Origin: Acidimicrobiales bacterium
GTDB taxonomy: Bacteria; Actinomycetota; Acidimicrobiia; Acidimicrobiales; Palsa-688
DNA: 64,000 bases
NCBI GenBank assembly: GCA_035294565.1
Contig: DATGKR010000009.1
Location: 7,193-71,192, forward strand
Direction of reading: 5' to 3'
Made by a program: the position numbers and the translations under genes. Under the pieces are notes generated by a model. It was not told where the DNA came from. It saw only the letters and a list, made by a program, of their open reading frames with translations, and did not search any database. Position 1 is the first letter of the stretch. Every line of letters begins with the position of its first letter. Positions 37,455-44,900 of this stretch are shown in pieces.

Positions 37455-37898
37455 TCAGGCCGTGAGGCTCTCCACCCCCACGCTGTCGGGACGGACGGCC
37501 AGCACGAGGCCCACCCCTTCACTCTGGAGCGAGATGGTGAAGTGGCCGGGGGCTCGCATCGCCACCCTCACGCTGTCCAGGCGCCGCCCCTTGAGCGAGC
37601 CGAGGGCCCGGTTGACCGCGTCCAGGTTCGCCTGGAGGCGCTCACCCCCAGGTGTGCGCATCAGCAGGCGGACGAGGGCGCGCTCTCCCTCCGCCTTGTA
37701 GAGCTTGCGGGCGCGCCCGCCCTGCAGCGAGGCGGTGAGGATCCGCTCCAGCGAGGGAAGCAGCTCCTCCGGCAGATGCTGTCCGTCCGCCAGCTCGGCG
37801 ATCCGAAGTGCCTGCTCCCTGCCTTCCCCGCCGAGGACGCCGGCGGCCGCCGCCGCCTCGGCCCCGACCAGCTCCGCCTCCTCGGCCGACAGCTCCAC
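37455..37898 (-). CDS. hypothetical protein (147 aa), last gene of the sir-cysH operon
   Basis: Frame of track ORF 37455..38060. Only GTG 37898 lies downstream of the cysH stop (37910). VELSAEEAELVGAEAAAAAGVLGG...RLQANLDAVNRALGSLKGRRLDSVRVAMRAPGHFTISLQSEGVGLVLAVRPD. I recognise no family. Confidence 0.4.
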   Translation of the reverse strand: MELSAEEAELVGAEAAAAAGVLGGEGREQALRIAELADGQHLPEELLPSLERILTASLQGGRARKLYKAEGERALVRLLMRTPGGERLQANLDAVNRALGSLKGRRLDSVRVAMRAPGHFTISLQSEGVGLVLAVRPDSVGVESLTA

Positions 37899-37909
37899 CC
37901 CTGCCCCGC

Positions 37910-38704
37910 CTAGTCGTGGTCCGTGAGGATGGCGTGGGCCTCGTGCTCGAAGCCACCGGTCTCGATTGGGCAGTGGATCCCGCACTCCTTGGGGGCGTTC
38001 ACCTCCCACCACCAGCGTCCGGCCCTTTCGTCCTCGCCCACCCCCACGGGCCTCGTGCACGGATCGCAGCCGATGCTGGTGTAACCGGCAGAGTACAGGG
38101 GATGTGAGGGTACTTCGTTATCCTTTATATACTCCCAGACCTCGTCCTTGGTCCAATCTGCGAGAGGGTTCACCTTGACGATCCCGTCGTGGTCGTGGTC
38201 GAGCTCAACCTTGCGTATGGCGGCCCGCGAAGCCCACTGGTCGCGGCGCAGGCCCGTGATCCAGCCGTCGAAGCCCTCGAGCGCCTTGACCAGAGGCCTC
38301 ACCTTGCGCACCTGGCAGCAGGTGAGCCGGGCGGGCACCGACTGGAAGAAGCCGTCGCGACCCTGACGAGCCTCGAGCTCAGCCACCTGCCCCCCGTCGG
38401 GCTGGAGGACCTCCAGGTCGGCGAGGGGGTAGCGGCGGCGAACCTCGTCGACGAAGCGGTAGGTCGCCTCCGGGAGCCTGAGGGTGTCGACGGTGAGGAC
38501 CTTGACCTCCGGCTTGATCCTGTAGGCCATGTCGAGGATGGCCATGCCGTCGGCTTGGAGGGCGGTGACCACGGCCACTCCCTCGCCGAGGGTCTCGAGA
38601 GCCCATTCGATGACTTCCTGCGGCTCGCGGTCGTCGAGCTCGATCGCAATCTCGCCGATCTCGAGGTCGTCGAACACGACCCTGCCTGCCAGTGTGTCGC
38701 TCAC
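37910..38704 (-). CDS. cysH: adenosine 5'-phosphosulfate (APS/PAPS) reductase, Fe-S type
   Basis: Frame of track ORF 37910..39451. GTG 38704 overlaps the TGA of the sulfite reductase gene. VAVVTALQADGMAILDM. Cluster ligands RLTCCQVRKVRPL and YTSIGCDPCT. Catalytic KECGIH. Confidence 0.88.
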   Translation of the reverse strand: MSDTLAGRVVFDDLEIGEIAIELDDREPQEVIEWALETLGEGVAVVTALQADGMAILDMAYRIKPEVKVLTVDTLRLPEATYRFVDEVRRRYPLADLEVLQPDGGQVAELEARQGRDGFFQSVPARLTCCQVRKVRPLVKALEGFDGWITGLRRDQWASRAAIRKVELDHDHDGIVKVNPLADWTKDEVWEYIKDNEVPSHPLYSAGYTSIGCDPCTRPVGVGEDERAGRWWWEVNAPKECGIHCPIETGGFEHEAHAILTDHD

Positions 38705-40689
38705 AGCGCACCTCCCGATAGGGCCGGGAGGATGGTCAGCTCCTGGCCGGGCCGTAGTGGCGCCTCCAGGCCGCCCAGCCCGCGGATGTCGTCCTCGCCG
38801 ACGAACAGATTGATGGACTGCAGGAGCTCGCCGTTCCCGTCGAGGATCTGCTCCGCCAGCCTCGGGTAGCGCCCTGCCAGCACGGCCAGGGCCTCCCGCA
38901 CCGTCGCCGCGTCGATCTCGAGCAGGTCGGCCCCACCGGTCGCCTCGATGAGCATGCCTGGGATCCTCACGAGCGGGCGGAGGGACGGCTCCTCGACCTC
39001 GCCGGCCCCTACCGACTCTCCCAGGGACAGTGAGCGGAGCTCGTCGTCGCTGCGCTCGGCGAGGAAATCGGCGAAGCGGTAAGCGCCCCCGCGGCGCGAC
39101 TTGGCGTCGAGCCAGGCGCTGACGAGACGGCAAACGACCTCGACGATCTGCTCCTCTGGTATGCGGCGCAGGATCGGAACACCGATCGCCGCTCCGGTGC
39201 CCAGCTTGCCCCGCAGGCGCAGATTGTAGGCCTGGACCCTGACCCCCGTCTCGGGGAGGGTAGCGGTCGTCCCCTGCAGGCCGATGTCGCCCACCCAGTG
39301 CTGGGCGCAGCCGTGTGGGCAACCATCCATGTGGATGCGAAGGTCCTCGACCGCTTCGGAACCGAAGCGCCGCTGCAGCTCGGGGAGCAGATCCTTCATC
39401 TTGCCCTTGGTCTCGGCGACCGAGTAGTTGCAGAACTGGTGGTCGGTGCACGCGATCGAGCGGCCGAGGATCCTGCTCTCGTCCGGGTCGAGGCCGATGG
39501 CCGCCAGGCGGGCGGCCACCTCGCCGGCTCGCCGTTCGGGCACGCCAGTGACGATGATGTTCTGAGCCCTAGTAAAGCGAGCTTCCCCGCCGAACTCACC
39601 AAGCAGCTCTCCCAAAGCGACTAGCTGGTCCCCGCGGATCCACCCTAGGGGCACCGGGATTCCCATGTAGAGGAGGCCGTCCTGCTTCTGGGCGTGACGA
39701 CCGAGGTGATCGCTGTCGTACGCCGGCTCGGGGGCGGAACCGTCCTCCAGGCGCCGGCCGAGGCGGTCCTCGATCAAGTCCCGCATCTTCTCCACGCCGT
39801 AATCGTCGACCATGAACTTGATCCGGGCTTTGACCCGGGACAGCCGGTAGCGCAGGTCGCTCTGCCAGACGTCGGTTATCGCCCGCAGGACCTCTATGAC
39901 CTCCTCGTCGGAGTCGGCGGGCACGAAAACCCCCAGGTCCCTGGATATTCTCGGTGTCGCCGAGAGCCCCCCGCCTACGCGCACGCCGAAGCCGAGGCGG
40001 CCGTTTTGCGAAGTGCCCACCAGGGCGACGTCGTGGATCTCCGGGGCGTTGCACTGAGCCGGGCAGGCGCTGATGGTGTACTTGTGCTTGCGGGGCAGGT
40101 CGGAGTACTCGGGGTTGCCCGAGAAGAACGCGGCGACCTTGGCCACCAGGGGCGTCACGTCGAACAGCTCCGCCCCATCGACGCCGGCGACCGGGCAACT
40201 CGTCACGTTGCGCACCGTGTCGCCCTCGCCGCCGGCGGTGGTCAGCCCCGAGGCCTCGATCTGGCCGAGCACCTCGGGCAGCTCGTCGAGCCGTATCCAG
40301 TGAAGCTGGATCCCCTGGCGGGTGGTCAGTTCCCCGTAGTTTTTGCCGCGTTGCTGGGATATTCGTCCCAAGGCGATCAGCTGGTCGGGCTTGATTCGCC
40401 CTCCGGGGACCTTGATCCGCACCATGAAGGTGCCGATCTTGGGCTTGTCGTGCATCAAGCCCCACCAGCTGAGAAAGACGATGTCCTCCTCAGGGATCGC
40501 CTCGTAGCCCTTGGCGATCATGTCGGGAAGCTCGTTGACGATGCTGAGCGGCGTGTCGTGGGGGAACCGCTCGCGCTTGTGGCGCTCGATGGAGTTGCGC
40601 TTCACCACCAGATCCCAGGTGGGCTCCTTCGCCTTGGTCGCTTCTCTGGCCTCCGGCGGCTTCTTCTCGACTGGAAGATCTGTCTGCAC
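38701..40689 (-). CDS. sirA: ferredoxin-dependent sulfite reductase (NirA/SirA type) fused to a C-terminal MoaD/ThiS-like beta-grasp domain
   Basis: 662 aa, GTG start. WWGLMHDKPKIGTFMVRIKVPGGRI. Two NIR_SIR repeats. Siroheme/4Fe-4S Cys ligands SIACTDHQFCNYS and MDGCPHGCAQHWVGDIGLQG. The last ~90 aa are VRIPGMLIEATGGADLLEIDAATVREAL...LRPGQELTILPALSGGAL. Confidence 0.88.
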   Translation of the reverse strand: MQTDLPVEKKPPEAREATKAKEPTWDLVVKRNSIERHKRERFPHDTPLSIVNELPDMIAKGYEAIPEEDIVFLSWWGLMHDKPKIGTFMVRIKVPGGRIKPDQLIALGRISQQRGKNYGELTTRQGIQLHWIRLDELPEVLGQIEASGLTTAGGEGDTVRNVTSCPVAGVDGAELFDVTPLVAKVAAFFSGNPEYSDLPRKHKYTISACPAQCNAPEIHDVALVGTSQNGRLGFGVRVGGGLSATPRISRDLGVFVPADSDEEVIEVLRAITDVWQSDLRYRLSRVKARIKFMVDDYGVEKMRDLIEDRLGRRLEDGSAPEPAYDSDHLGRHAQKQDGLLYMGIPVPLGWIRGDQLVALGELLGEFGGEARFTRAQNIIVTGVPERRAGEVAARLAAIGLDPDESRILGRSIACTDHQFCNYSVAETKGKMKDLLPELQRRFGSEAVEDLRIHMDGCPHGCAQHWVGDIGLQGTTATLPETGVRVQAYNLRLRGKLGTGAAIGVPILRRIPEEQIVEVVCRLVSAWLDAKSRRGGAYRFADFLAERSDDELRSLSLGESVGAGEVEEPSLRPLVRIPGMLIEATGGADLLEIDAATVREALAVLAGRYPRLAEQILDGNGELLQSINLFVGEDDIRGLGGLEAPLRPGQELTILPALSGGAL

Positions 40690-40716
40690 GGGAACCGTTC
40701 TACCAAAAGACGACTC

Positions 40717-40833
40717 AGTTGATCAACTTTTCCGTGTTTCGTCCCGGTCTATCGAGATACGATAGATCCCGAATTGTGAACGAGTTCGGACTTATTGTGC
40801 TCCTGGCGTCATTAACTCGCGTTTCGTTCACAA
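40717..40833 (-). promoter_or_regulatory. AT-rich promoter/operator region of the sulfite reductase operon with several palindromes
   Basis: Lowest-GC stretch I can see in the window. AGTTGATCAACT (40717-40728) is a perfect 12-bp palindrome. TCTATCG-AGATA-CGATAGA spans 40748-40766. TTGTGAACGA (40774-40783) and its complement TCGTTCACAA (40824-40833) are 40 bp apart. Confidence 0.4.
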
Positions 40834-40993
40834 CTATGGATTCGTGACACATCCAGCACCAGGCCTGGCGCCGACAACGACCCCCGGCCTCGGCCCCCCG
40901 CCCCCGGCCGCCGGCACCCGACCCCCACGATCGCTAGCCGCCGGAACCGGTCCCGACCCGGTCGCCGGCCCCGCCCCCCGCGGCCCGCGCCGT

Positions 40994-42337
40994 CTAGCTG
41001 CGGAGCAGGTCGGCCACCTGGAAGGCTAGGTCCAGGCTCTGGCTGGCGTTGAGGCGGGGGTCGCAGGTGGTGGTGTAGCGCAGGGGCAGGTCGTTCTCGA
41101 GGATCTCGTCAGCTCCCCCGAGGCATTCGGTGACGTTGTCCCCGGTCAGCTCCACGTGCACCCCCCCCGGCCACACGCCGTGCGAGCGGCATGTGGCGAA
41201 GAACTGGCGGATCTCGGCCAGCACATGGTCGAAGTGCCGCGTCTTGCGACCTCCGGCGCCGACGAAGGTGTTGCCGTGCATCGGATCGCACGCCCACACG
41301 ACGGGGTGACCCGAGTCGCGAACGGCTGCCAGCAACGGCGGCAGGGCCGAGGAGACGTTGCCGGCGCCCATCCTGGCGATGAGGGTCAGGCGTCCCGGGA
41401 TGTAGGACGGGTCGAGGCGCGAGCAGAGAGCGACGACCTCGGCGGGTGTTGCAGTCGGGCCGATCTTCGCCGCGACGGGGTTGGAGATGCCCGAGAGGAA
41501 CTCGACGTGGGCACCCTCGACCTGCCTGGTGCGTTCCCCCACCCAGACAAGGTGGGCCGAAGTGTCGTACCAGTCCCCGGTCAAAGAGTCCCGCCTCGTC
41601 ATCGCCTCCTCGTAGCCGAGGAGCAGGGCCTCGTGGCTGGTCCAGAAGTCCACCTGGTTCAGGGCCGTCCCGCCGAGGTTCACCCCGCAGGCGCGCATGA
41701 ACCGCAGCGCCCGGTCTATCTCGGCGGCGAGGGCTTCGTAGTGGCGGCCGCCGGGGCTGTCGGCGACGAACTGCTGGTTCCACGTGTGCACCTGGGAGAG
41801 GTCGGCGAAGCCGCCCTTGGTGAACGCCCGGAGCAGGTTCAGCGTCGACGCCGACTGGTGGTACGCGGACAGCAGGCGGGACGGGTCCGGGACGCGGGCT
41901 TCGAGGCTGGGGGCGTCGTCGTTGACGAGATGGCCGCGAAAGGAGGGGAGCGACACGCCCTCGACGGTCTCGGTCGGCGAGCTTCGCGGCTTGGCGAACT
42001 GCCCGGCGATGCGCCCCAGCTTGACTACCGGCACGCCCGCCCCGTAGGTGAGCACGACGGCCATCTGGAGGATCACCTTCAGCTTGTCGCGGATGTTGTC
42101 GGCGTTGAACTCGTGGAACGACTCGGCGCAGTCCCCGGCGTGGAGGAGGAACGCCTCTCCGGCCGCGACCGACGCGAGCGACTCCCGGAGGCTGCGCGCC
42201 TCGCCGGCGAAGACGAGCGGAGGGAGGCCCGACAACGTCTTCAGCGTCTGCTCGTAGGCGTGAGGGTCCGGCCACTCCGGCTGCTGGTCGGCGGGCCGGG
42301 AGCGCCAGCTGTTGGGAGTCCATTCGGGCACGGTCAC
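40994..42337 (-). CDS. aroG: class II 3-deoxy-7-phosphoheptulonate (DAHP) synthase
   Basis: Frame of track ORF 40994..42430; start chosen at GTG 42337 (VTVPEWTPNSWRSRPADQQPEWPD). LVFAGEARSLRE, LLHAGDCAESF, RIAGQFAKPRS, WTSHEALLL and CDPMHGNT are class II DAHPS motifs. Confidence 0.9.
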   Translation of the reverse strand: MTVPEWTPNSWRSRPADQQPEWPDPHAYEQTLKTLSGLPPLVFAGEARSLRESLASVAAGEAFLLHAGDCAESFHEFNADNIRDKLKVILQMAVVLTYGAGVPVVKLGRIAGQFAKPRSSPTETVEGVSLPSFRGHLVNDDAPSLEARVPDPSRLLSAYHQSASTLNLLRAFTKGGFADLSQVHTWNQQFVADSPGGRHYEALAAEIDRALRFMRACGVNLGGTALNQVDFWTSHEALLLGYEEAMTRRDSLTGDWYDTSAHLVWVGERTRQVEGAHVEFLSGISNPVAAKIGPTATPAEVVALCSRLDPSYIPGRLTLIARMGAGNVSSALPPLLAAVRDSGHPVVWACDPMHGNTFVGAGGRKTRHFDHVLAEIRQFFATCRSHGVWPGGVHVELTGDNVTECLGGADEILENDLPLRYTTTCDPRLNASQSLDLAFQVADLLRS

Positions 42338-42371
42338 AAGGGTGGCCCAAAACAGGTGACAGAGTAAAGGC

Positions 42372-42983
42372 GTGACAGCTCGGCGAGTGGGGGAGAGGAT
42401 CGGCGTCTTCGGGGGGACCTTCGATCCCATCCACGTCGGTCACCTGGTGGCGGCGGTGAACGCGCGCCACGCCCTGGCGCTCGACCGGGTGGTCATGATG
42501 GTCGCCAACGTCCCCTGGCAGAAGACGGACTCGCGAGCGGTCAGCACGGCGGCCGACCGTCTCGCCCTGGTGGAGGCCGCCGTGGGCGAGGTCCCGGGGC
42601 TGGAGGCCGGGAGCCTGGAGATCGAGCGGGGCGGCGAGTCCTACACCGCCGACACCCTCGCCGAGCTCGCCCGGCGGGGTCCCTCCGACGAGCTGTTCCT
42701 CATCGTCGGCTGGGACGTGGTGCCCGGCCTGACCACCTGGGAGCGATGGGAAGAGATCCAGGAGCTGGCCACGCTCGTCGTCGTCAACAGGCCCGGATCC
42801 CCCGCGCCGAGGGCCCTCGCCGAGGCCGGATGGAAGGTCGAGGAGGTGACCGTGCCGAACCTGGAGATCTCCAGCTCCGACCTGAGGCAGCGGGCGGTAG
42901 ACGGCCGGCCACTGGACTTCCTCATCCCCGAAGCGGCGGTCCGCTGCATCCGGGCCAGGGGTATGTACGCTGGGGGCGGATGA
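42372..42983 (+). CDS. nadD: nicotinate-nucleotide adenylyltransferase
   Basis: 203 aa. IGVFGGTFDPIHVGHL (HxGH motif) and ISSSDLRQR. Confidence 0.9.
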   Translation: MTARRVGERIGVFGGTFDPIHVGHLVAAVNARHALALDRVVMMVANVPWQKTDSRAVSTAADRLALVEAAVGEVPGLEAGSLEIERGGESYTADTLAELARRGPSDELFLIVGWDVVPGLTTWERWEEIQELATLVVVNRPGSPAPRALAEAGWKVEEVTVPNLEISSSDLRQRAVDGRPLDFLIPEAAVRCIRARGMYAGGG

Positions 42984-43210
42984 GCGCAGACGTCCAGCCC
43001 GGTCCCGGCGAACGCATCCGCCGGCTCCGGCGGCGTCGCCGGCTCCTGCGGGAGGAGATGCTCGCCGTCGCCGTACTGCTGCTCGTCCTGGCGGCGACCG
43101 TCGCCGTGCTCGCCGCCCAATGGCTGGGGAGCGGCCCGTCGGCGGCCGCTGCGCCCAGTCGCGGGGCGGCAGGCGTGCACTGGCAGATGCTACGAGGAGG
43201 TAACACATGA
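42980..43210 (+). CDS. possible small membrane protein (76 aa) between nadD and rsfS
   Basis: ATG 42980 overlaps the nadD TGA (ATGA). [50 protein letters not shown] has basic residues followed by a single TM helix. No known domain. Confidence 0.35.
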   Translation: MSADVQPGPGERIRRLRRRRRLLREEMLAVAVLLLVLAATVAVLAAQWLGSGPSAAAAPSRGAAGVHWQMLRGGNT

Positions 43211-43232
43211 CCCGATCGGCGGGATCGCCACG

Positions 43233-43637
43233 GTGACAAACGGTGGATCCGGGCAGGTCACGCTCGAGGAGATCAGGGGTTGGTGCTCCGTCGCCGCCCG
43301 GGCTTGCTGGCACAAGGGCGGTGAGGACACGGTGGTCCTGTCGGTCGGCGCGACTCTGGCCATCGCCGACGCATTCGTCATCTCCAGCGGCCGCAATCCC
43401 CGTCAGGTGCGGACCATGGCCGAAGAGGTCGAGGCGACCCTCAAAGCGGGCGGGGGTCCTTCCCCGCGGGCGGTCGAAGGGCTCGACGACGCTCGCTGGG
43501 TGCTCATGGACTACGACGACTTCGTGGTCCACCTCATGCTCGATGAGGCGCGCGACTTCTACCAGCTGGACAGGCTGTGGTCCGACGGCGAGCGTTGGGA
43601 CTGGGAGCGCCCCGCGGCGCTCGCCGTCGAGAGGTAG
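43233..43637 (+). CDS. rsfS: ribosome silencing factor RsfS (iojap family)
   Basis: 134 aa. DTVVLSVGATLAIADAFVISSGRNPRQVRTMAEEV and WVLMDYDDFVVHLMLDEARDFYQLDRLW. Confidence 0.88.
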   Translation: MTNGGSGQVTLEEIRGWCSVAARACWHKGGEDTVVLSVGATLAIADAFVISSGRNPRQVRTMAEEVEATLKAGGGPSPRAVEGLDDARWVLMDYDDFVVHLMLDEARDFYQLDRLWSDGERWDWERPAALAVER

Positions 43638-43640
43638 CCG

Positions 43641-44900
43641 GTGCGCCCGGAGGAGATCATCCGCGGCGCTCGCCGCTACCTCGGCGATCCCCGCGTGGTG
43701 GGCGTAGCCGGGGCCCTCCCCCGCACCGCGGCGGTGCTCGGACGGGGCAAGCTGCGCGGCACCCCAGTCGGGTACGCCCCTGTCAAGGTTTCCCCGGGGC
43801 TCGTGGCGCAGATGATGCTCGACGAGGTGCTCATTTCTGCGATGCGGGACCCCAAGCTGTTCCCCCGAGGCGACGACTACGAGCGGGCGGGGGAGGAGAT
43901 CCGCGACGCCTACAAGATGTGGTCGGAGCGGGGATGGCTGTCCGACCCGTCCTCGTACCACGTCGAGCCGCCCACCCCCGCACCCGTCGCCGTGACGCGT
44001 GAGCGCGCCCTCGACCAGCGGTTCGAGCACGTCGCCTTCGCCAGCGCCTACGCTCCCCACGACGGGGAGCCGGGGGCGGTGCGCTGGGAGGGGTTCGCCC
44101 TCAACCGGGTCGCCCACGCCTACGTCCTCCGCCACCCGGAGCCGGGCCGGCCGTGGCTGGTTTGCCTTCACGGTTTCGGCATGGGCCGGCCGCTCGTGGA
44201 CCTGCGCGCCTTTCGCGCCTCCCAGCTCCACTCGCAGCTCGGGCTCAACGTCGCCGCCGTCGTGCTGCCCATGCATGGTCCGCGCCAGGAGCCTGGCACC
44301 AGCCGCGGCGAGGGTTTCATGTCCATACGCCTCCTCGACAGCGTGCACGGCATGGCCCAGGCAGCCAGCGACGCCCGCTCGGTCATACGGTGGATACGCT
44401 CCGCGGAGCCGGGGGCGGCGGTAGGCGTGTACGGCGTTTCGCTCGGCGGTTATGTCACCGCCCTGGTCGCTTCACTCGAGACCGGCCTCGCCTGCGCCAT
44501 CGCCGGCATCCCTGCCACCGACATACCAGGCCTGTACCGCCGCCACAGCCCCGCGCACGTTCGCCGGCGCGCCTATGAGACCGGGGCGCTCGGCCCCGAC
44601 GCCGACGCCGTGCACTCGGTCGTCTCCCCCCTCGTCCTGGAGCCGAAGGTCGCCAGGGACCGCAGGTACATCTTCGCCGGGGTGGGAGACCGCATGTCGA
44701 CCGCCGGACAGGCCCGCCGTCTGTGGGAGCACTGGGACCGTCCCCGCATCGAGTGGTACCCCGGCGGCCACATCGGTTTCTTCTTCGCTGGTTCCGTCCA
44801 GCGGTTCGTCCTCGAAGCGCTCAGCGAATCCGGGCTGGCGCCGGACGAGGGGGGTGGCGGCGCGGCGGGCGCTTCTTTGTCCGGGAAAGCAGCTCTTTGA
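43641..44900 (+). CDS. alpha/beta hydrolase with ~180-aa N-terminal extension of unknown function
   Basis: 419 aa. Hydrolase core WLVCLHGFGMG. Nucleophile elbow VGVYGVSLGGYV. C-terminal WYPGGHIGFF. I do not recognise the N-terminal region. Confidence 0.65.
   Translation: MRPEEIIRGARRYLGDPRVVGVAGALPRTAAVLGRGKLRGTPVGYAPVKVSPGLVAQMMLDEVLISAMRDPKLFPRGDDYERAGEEIRDAYKMWSERGWLSDPSSYHVEPPTPAPVAVTRERALDQRFEHVAFASAYAPHDGEPGAVRWEGFALNRVAHAYVLRHPEPGRPWLVCLHGFGMGRPLVDLRAFRASQLHSQLGLNVAAVVLPMHGPRQEPGTSRGEGFMSIRLLDSVHGMAQAASDARSVIRWIRSAEPGAAVGVYGVSLGGYVTALVASLETGLACAIAGIPATDIPGLYRRHSPAHVRRRAYETGALGPDADAVHSVVSPLVLEPKVARDRRYIFAGVGDRMSTAGQARRLWEHWDRPRIEWYPGGHIGFFFAGSVQRFVLEALSESGLAPDEGGGGAAGASLSGKAAL

Noticed and set aside
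38705-39451. Upstream 249 codons of the 513-aa track ORF that contains cysH
   Set aside because: It overlaps the sulfite reductase gene out of frame and is R/G/P-rich. The CysH homology starts at GTG 38704.
42338-42371. Only 34 nt between the divergent aroG and nadD starts, considered as a shared bidirectional promoter or an annotation error
   Set aside because: Start codons on both sides are uncertain: ATG 42430 for aroG, GTG 42387 for nadD. Leaderless transcripts are common in actinobacteria. There is not enough information to claim anything.
41109-44348. 1079-aa ORF on the minus strand, the longest after kgd
   Set aside because: It runs antisense or out of frame through aroG, nadD, rsfS and the hydrolase gene, all of which have clear family signatures. 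Its translation is R/P/G-rich low complexity with no domain. This is the typical stop-poor shadow ORF of high-GC DNA.
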